The position numbers and the translations under genes were made by a program. The notes below the pieces were generated by a model. It was not told the DNA's origin and made no database searches. It was given only the letters and a program-made list of their open reading frames with translations. 45,776 nucleotides of DNA from a bacterium (GTDB lineage Bacteria > Patescibacteriota > Minisyncoccia > Sungbacterales > GWA2-42-14), in contig JAUSFV010000020.1 of NCBI GenBank assembly GCA_030649305.1, forward strand, positions 1 to 45,776, given 5' to 3'. This document shows, one piece after another, positions 44,915-45,776 of this stretch (position 1 is the first letter of the stretch; the number at the start of each line of letters is the position of its first letter).

Positions 44915-45313
44915 TTAGTGCCAATAGAGAATGATTGGTGTATCGTCCGGAAGCGCGTCTACGAAGGCCTTGATTGCCCTGTTTTTCGAAGACGTATGAC
45001 CTGGCATTCTGAGCTGTTTGAGCTCTTTCGCGTAGACGAATGTTAGACCATCATTGTATCCGTCTTTACGAACATATTCGGTGCCTCTTTCGGTATGGAT
45101 AATCACCTGTAGCTGTGGTGGGATTGGGCTAGTTGTGATTGTCGGCTTTTCAGGGATGTCATTTCGACCACCTGTTCGGCGACTCGACATATTGATGAGC
45201 TGGCCGAAGATCGCGTAATCCCCCGTAAAGTCTAGCCTATCCAGACCGAGTGTATATGTGCTTCTTAATTCTTGCGGTCCCTGCAAGGGGATTAGGCCAA
45301 GGCCTACTGACAT
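44915..45313 (-). CDS. Hypothetical protein (132 aa)
   Basis: RBS AAGGAGGG upstream of the ATG on the minus strand; no domain recognised. Confidence 0.45.
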   Translation of the reverse strand: MSVGLGLIPLQGPQELRSTYTLGLDRLDFTGDYAIFGQLINMSSRRTGGRNDIPEKPTITTSPIPPQLQVIIHTERGTEYVRKDGYNDGLTFVYAKELKQLRMPGHTSSKNRAIKAFVDALPDDTPIILYWH

Positions 45314-45584
45314 ACTCCCTCCTTTTGTGGGATTTTGGGGGTTGTAATGTGGGTTCAGGATTTCTGATTATTCCAATGTGGAAAAAAGTTCTGCGGCGCC
45401 AAGGCATTACACCTCGGTTGTGGTCTTAACCTGGAAGGTTAGCCTACCCACTGAGGGGGGCGTTGAATGGCCTTCCCGGGCTTCTCTCCAGATACATGCG
45501 GTCCGGAGACGTATACCGTTACGGTCTCCCAAACGCCGTCAGAACTATTCTTATTATAGCATAATTTTATATATTTTGTCAAGT

Positions 45585-45776
45585 ATGAACAATAAAGTTT
45601 TAACATTTGCGGGGGTGGGCGCGGTGGTTATTATTCTCGGCGGGTTTTGGGGATATAACCGCTTTTTTGTCGCAGCACCGTCCGCGGATATTTCTAATAC
45701 TATGGAAAATAATACGACAGAAGCGGGGGATGCGAATACGCCTCCGCAAACGCTTGAGGAGTTATACGCGCGCGTG
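45585..45776 (+). CDS. Small membrane or secreted protein, 3-prime partial (MNNKVLTFAGVGAVVIILGGFWGYNRFF...)
   Basis: ATG 45585 then a hydrophobic segment; the frame is open to the window end. Confidence 0.4.
   Translation, partial: MNNKVLTFAGVGAVVIILGGFWGYNRFFVAAPSADISNTMENNTTEAGDANTPPQTLEELYARV

Noticed and set aside
45314-45584. Structured 270-nt divergent intergenic region (hairpin GGAGAC...GTCTCC near 45510-45535) as a ncRNA such as SRP or RNase P RNA
   Set aside because: None of the conserved SRP, RNase P or 6S motifs could be found. It is most simply two divergent promoter regions.

Overview
This 45.8-kb window reads like a small-genome, CPR/Patescibacteria-like bacterium (roughly 45-50% GC, standard code 11). 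Housekeeping genes are interleaved with cell-surface and glycan genes. The clearly recognisable genes are a flotillin-like SPFH protein, groES-groEL behind a sigma70 promoter with a degenerate CIRCE operator, and a LemA family protein. rpoB and rpoC are present but separated by a NUDIX hydrolase gene, followed by ftsK. Further along are a 877-aa secreted glycine-rich repeat protein, a GT4 glycosyltransferase split by an in-frame TGA, alr, a uvrC lacking the C-terminal HhH domain, and a divergent uvrA. The last third holds two tandem CDP-alcohol phosphatidyltransferases, a lamin-tail-domain protein, a fused double glycosyltransferase, a second GT4, and a CotH-like protein with a beta-helix. That is followed by a VTC-domain protein, a DUF4956 membrane protein, an alpha/beta hydrolase and an FAD oxidoreductase. 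No tRNA, rRNA or CRISPR array was seen. The most unusual content is non-genic. An IS200/RAYT-type HUH transposase is bracketed by identical 58-nt REP-like hairpins, with a third partial copy elsewhere. There are at least three further families of intergenic palindromes, about half of them sitting at gene 3-prime ends in terminator-like positions, though some lack a downstream T-run. Heptanucleotide tandem repeats built on a GTTGT unit occur both between genes and in-frame inside uvrC and one glycosyltransferase, which carries three tracts. Ten-nucleotide AACAG arrays include an 86-nt periodic inverted repeat between the VTC and DUF4956 genes that copies coding sequence from the lamin-tail gene. 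Coordinates of non-CDS elements are anchored to the supplied ORF coordinates and should be good to about 1-2 nt.
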